Below are positions 62,230 through 64,000 of a stretch of DNA of 64,000 nt, in pieces (position 1 is the first letter of the stretch; each line of letters begins with the position of its first letter). The stretch spans positions 31,310,001-31,374,000 of the forward strand of contig CM126226.1 in NCBI GenBank assembly GCA_052327205.1. The letters are read 5' to 3'. The position numbers were made by a program, and so were the translations under genes. The notes under the pieces were generated by a model that saw only the letters and a list, made by a program, of their open reading frames with translations, was not told the origin of the DNA and searched no databases. The stretch is from Somniosus microcephalus (lineage: Eukaryota).

Positions 62230-62775
62230 AGCAAAATACTGCAGATGCTGGAAATCTGAAATAACAACAGAAAATGCTGGAAACACTCAGCAGGCCAGGC
62301 AGCATCTGTGGAGAGAGAAACAGAGTTTCAGGTCTGGGACCCTTCATCAGAGCTGGAAAAAGTTAGGGATGGAACAGGTTTTAAGCAGGTGCAGAGGCTG
62401 GGAAAGGCGGGAGAGGAGGAAGGAACAAAAGGGATGGTCTGTGCTAGAATGCAAGGCAGGAGAGATTAAATGCTGCAAATAGGGATGGCAGAATCATCAA
62501 CAGCTGCTGCCTGAAAAAATGGGGGCAGGGGTTATAGTCTGAAATTGTTGAACCCGATGTTGAGTCCAGAAGGCTGTAAAGTGCCTAATCAAAAGATGAG
62601 GTTCTGTCCCTCGAGCTTACGTTGAGCTTCTTTGGAACAGTGTAAGATGCCGAGGACAGTGAGGTGGGAGTGTAGCGGAGAATTAAAGTGACAGGCGACC
62701 GGAAGCTCAGGGTCACCCATACGGACTGAACGGAGGTGTTCCGCAAAGCGGTCACCCAATCTGCGTTTGGTCCTC
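62230..62775 (-). mobile_element. Penelope-like element 3' end with GIY-YIG relic
   Basis: TKRRLGDRFAEHLRSV...PVACHFNS...LHCSKEAQRKLEGQNLIF*LGTLQPSGLNIGFNNF; same terminal repeat as 1541-2090. Confidence 0.8.
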
Positions 62776-62779
62776 CAGG

Positions 62780-63560
62780 GGCCAATAAGTTAGAAATCTG
62801 GAATGGGCTACACCCCAAATATTGTGAGAGATTAGCAATGAAATGGCTAACCATTATTTACCATTTTATTTTTTAGAAATAGTAATTGTACCAACAGACT
62901 GGAATGTACTGCATGTTGAACAGCTAATCATAAAAGGAGCAAGTGGTAAGCCAGTTAGGCTCAAGCTAATAGTAGGAAACCTGTTGGAGACCAAATAAGG
63001 AAAATATTAGCAAACACTTATAAAGACATACGCTAATGAGGGTCGGTCAACACTGATTTGTAAAGAGATGGTCAGCTTGACTAAGTTAATCGAATTCTTT
63101 GAGGAACTCACCAGATGTATCGACAAAGGGAACATAGTGGATGTGGTTTATTTGGATTTTCAAAATATATTCGATAAAGTGGCACAGAAGAAATTGCAAA
63201 AATGATTAAGGCCCATGGAATTAAAAGTAAAGTGGCAGAGGAAACTTGACCTATTTCAGCCTGGAAAGGAGAGACCTTATGGGGGTTTGCAAGATAGTTA
63301 AATTAAAATTTTAAAAGTAGAACAAGGGGACACAGGTTCAAACTAGTAAAAGGTAATTTTAGGAAAGGTTTGGGGAAATCCTTCACACAAAGCGGGATCA
63401 ATATGTGGAATAGTATTCCAGATAGAGTCGTGGAAGCAAAAAGCCTAGAAGCATTTAAGAAACAATTGGATGCTGCAATGGGGGACTTTAGGATCTTTCC
63501 ACATGGATTAATTTAGTTAAACCAAATGATTTTCCACATCTGTAACTATATTATGATCTT
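62780..63560 (+). mobile_element. Old CR1 ORF2 relic
   Basis: VDVVYLDFQNIFDKV, TRGHRFKL, INMWNSIP. Confidence 0.7.
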
Positions 63561-63894
63561 GTGAGAAGAGAGAGATCAAGGCTGTGTCTTGGACCAGAGG
63601 TGGAAGCCCAATGCCAGGGATGGAAGCAGGCAGGCCCGTGTTGGTGATGGAAGGTGAGCTGTGGCTCTTGGACAGCCAGGCCGGTCTTGTTGGAGATAAT
63701 GACCAAGACGTCGCTTGTTGGAATAAGCCGGTGAGGCCTGGGCAGAGTGAACATCCTCATTCTCATACTCCTGTTACTGGAGGCTCCCTGGGTCCCATGT
63801 GGTTCAAACCCAGACCTGTAGGCCAGGACAGCAACCAAGCAAGAGGAAATCTTAGTACTGCCATGGTTCCCATTGTCTGCATGGCACCAACAAC

Positions 63895-64000
63895 CTGGAG
63901 CACTGGAACCCAGGGGTGGGCGAGCACTGATGTCTGGAGCACTGGAATCCAGGGGTGGGAGAGCACTGATGTCTGGAGCGCTGGAACCCAGGGGTGGGAG
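63895..64000. repeat. 39-bp minisatellite, at least 2.7 copies, running off the window
   Basis: Unit CTGGAGCACTGGAACCCAGGGGTGGGCGAGCACTGATGT. Confidence 0.85.

Noticed and set aside
63895-64000. CRISPR-like array
   Set aside because: Contiguous tandem units with no unique spacers, no cas genes, eukaryotic context.

Overview
Eukaryotic (vertebrate) genomic DNA. The repeat content (HE1/V-SINE, Deu-domain SINEs, abundant CR1, L2 and Penelope-like elements) points to an elasmobranch such as a shark. Two spliced genes lie on the + strand. UBE2J2 has six coding exons (7904-22480, 257 aa, ER tail-anchored E2); any non-coding first exon was not located. A LACTBL1-like membrane-anchored serine beta-lactamase/PBP-family gene has six coding exons (40294-54495, about 566 aa, SxxK/YxN/KxG motifs). 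About 1 kb downstream on the - strand is a very young 4354-bp Ty3/Gypsy LTR retrotransposon (55518-59871) with 235-bp LTRs differing at one base, a GTTCC target-site duplication and one gag-pol frame broken by a single TGA. This element is the most unusual object in the window. It has no tRNA primer-binding site; that position is instead complementary to the element's own R region, covering the poly(A) signal and the gag AUG, which suggests self-priming. Its RT has YLDN rather than YxDD, its polypurine tract sits in a hairpin, and its LTR carries a 19/20 p53-family response element. Other points: Penelope-like ends with minimal hammerhead ribozyme motifs, a 230-bp inverted duplication, several MITEs, and phase-compatible candidate exons that could join UBE2J2 to the LACTBL1-like gene in frame. 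Everything was read by eye; repeat boundaries are approximate and no database searches were run.
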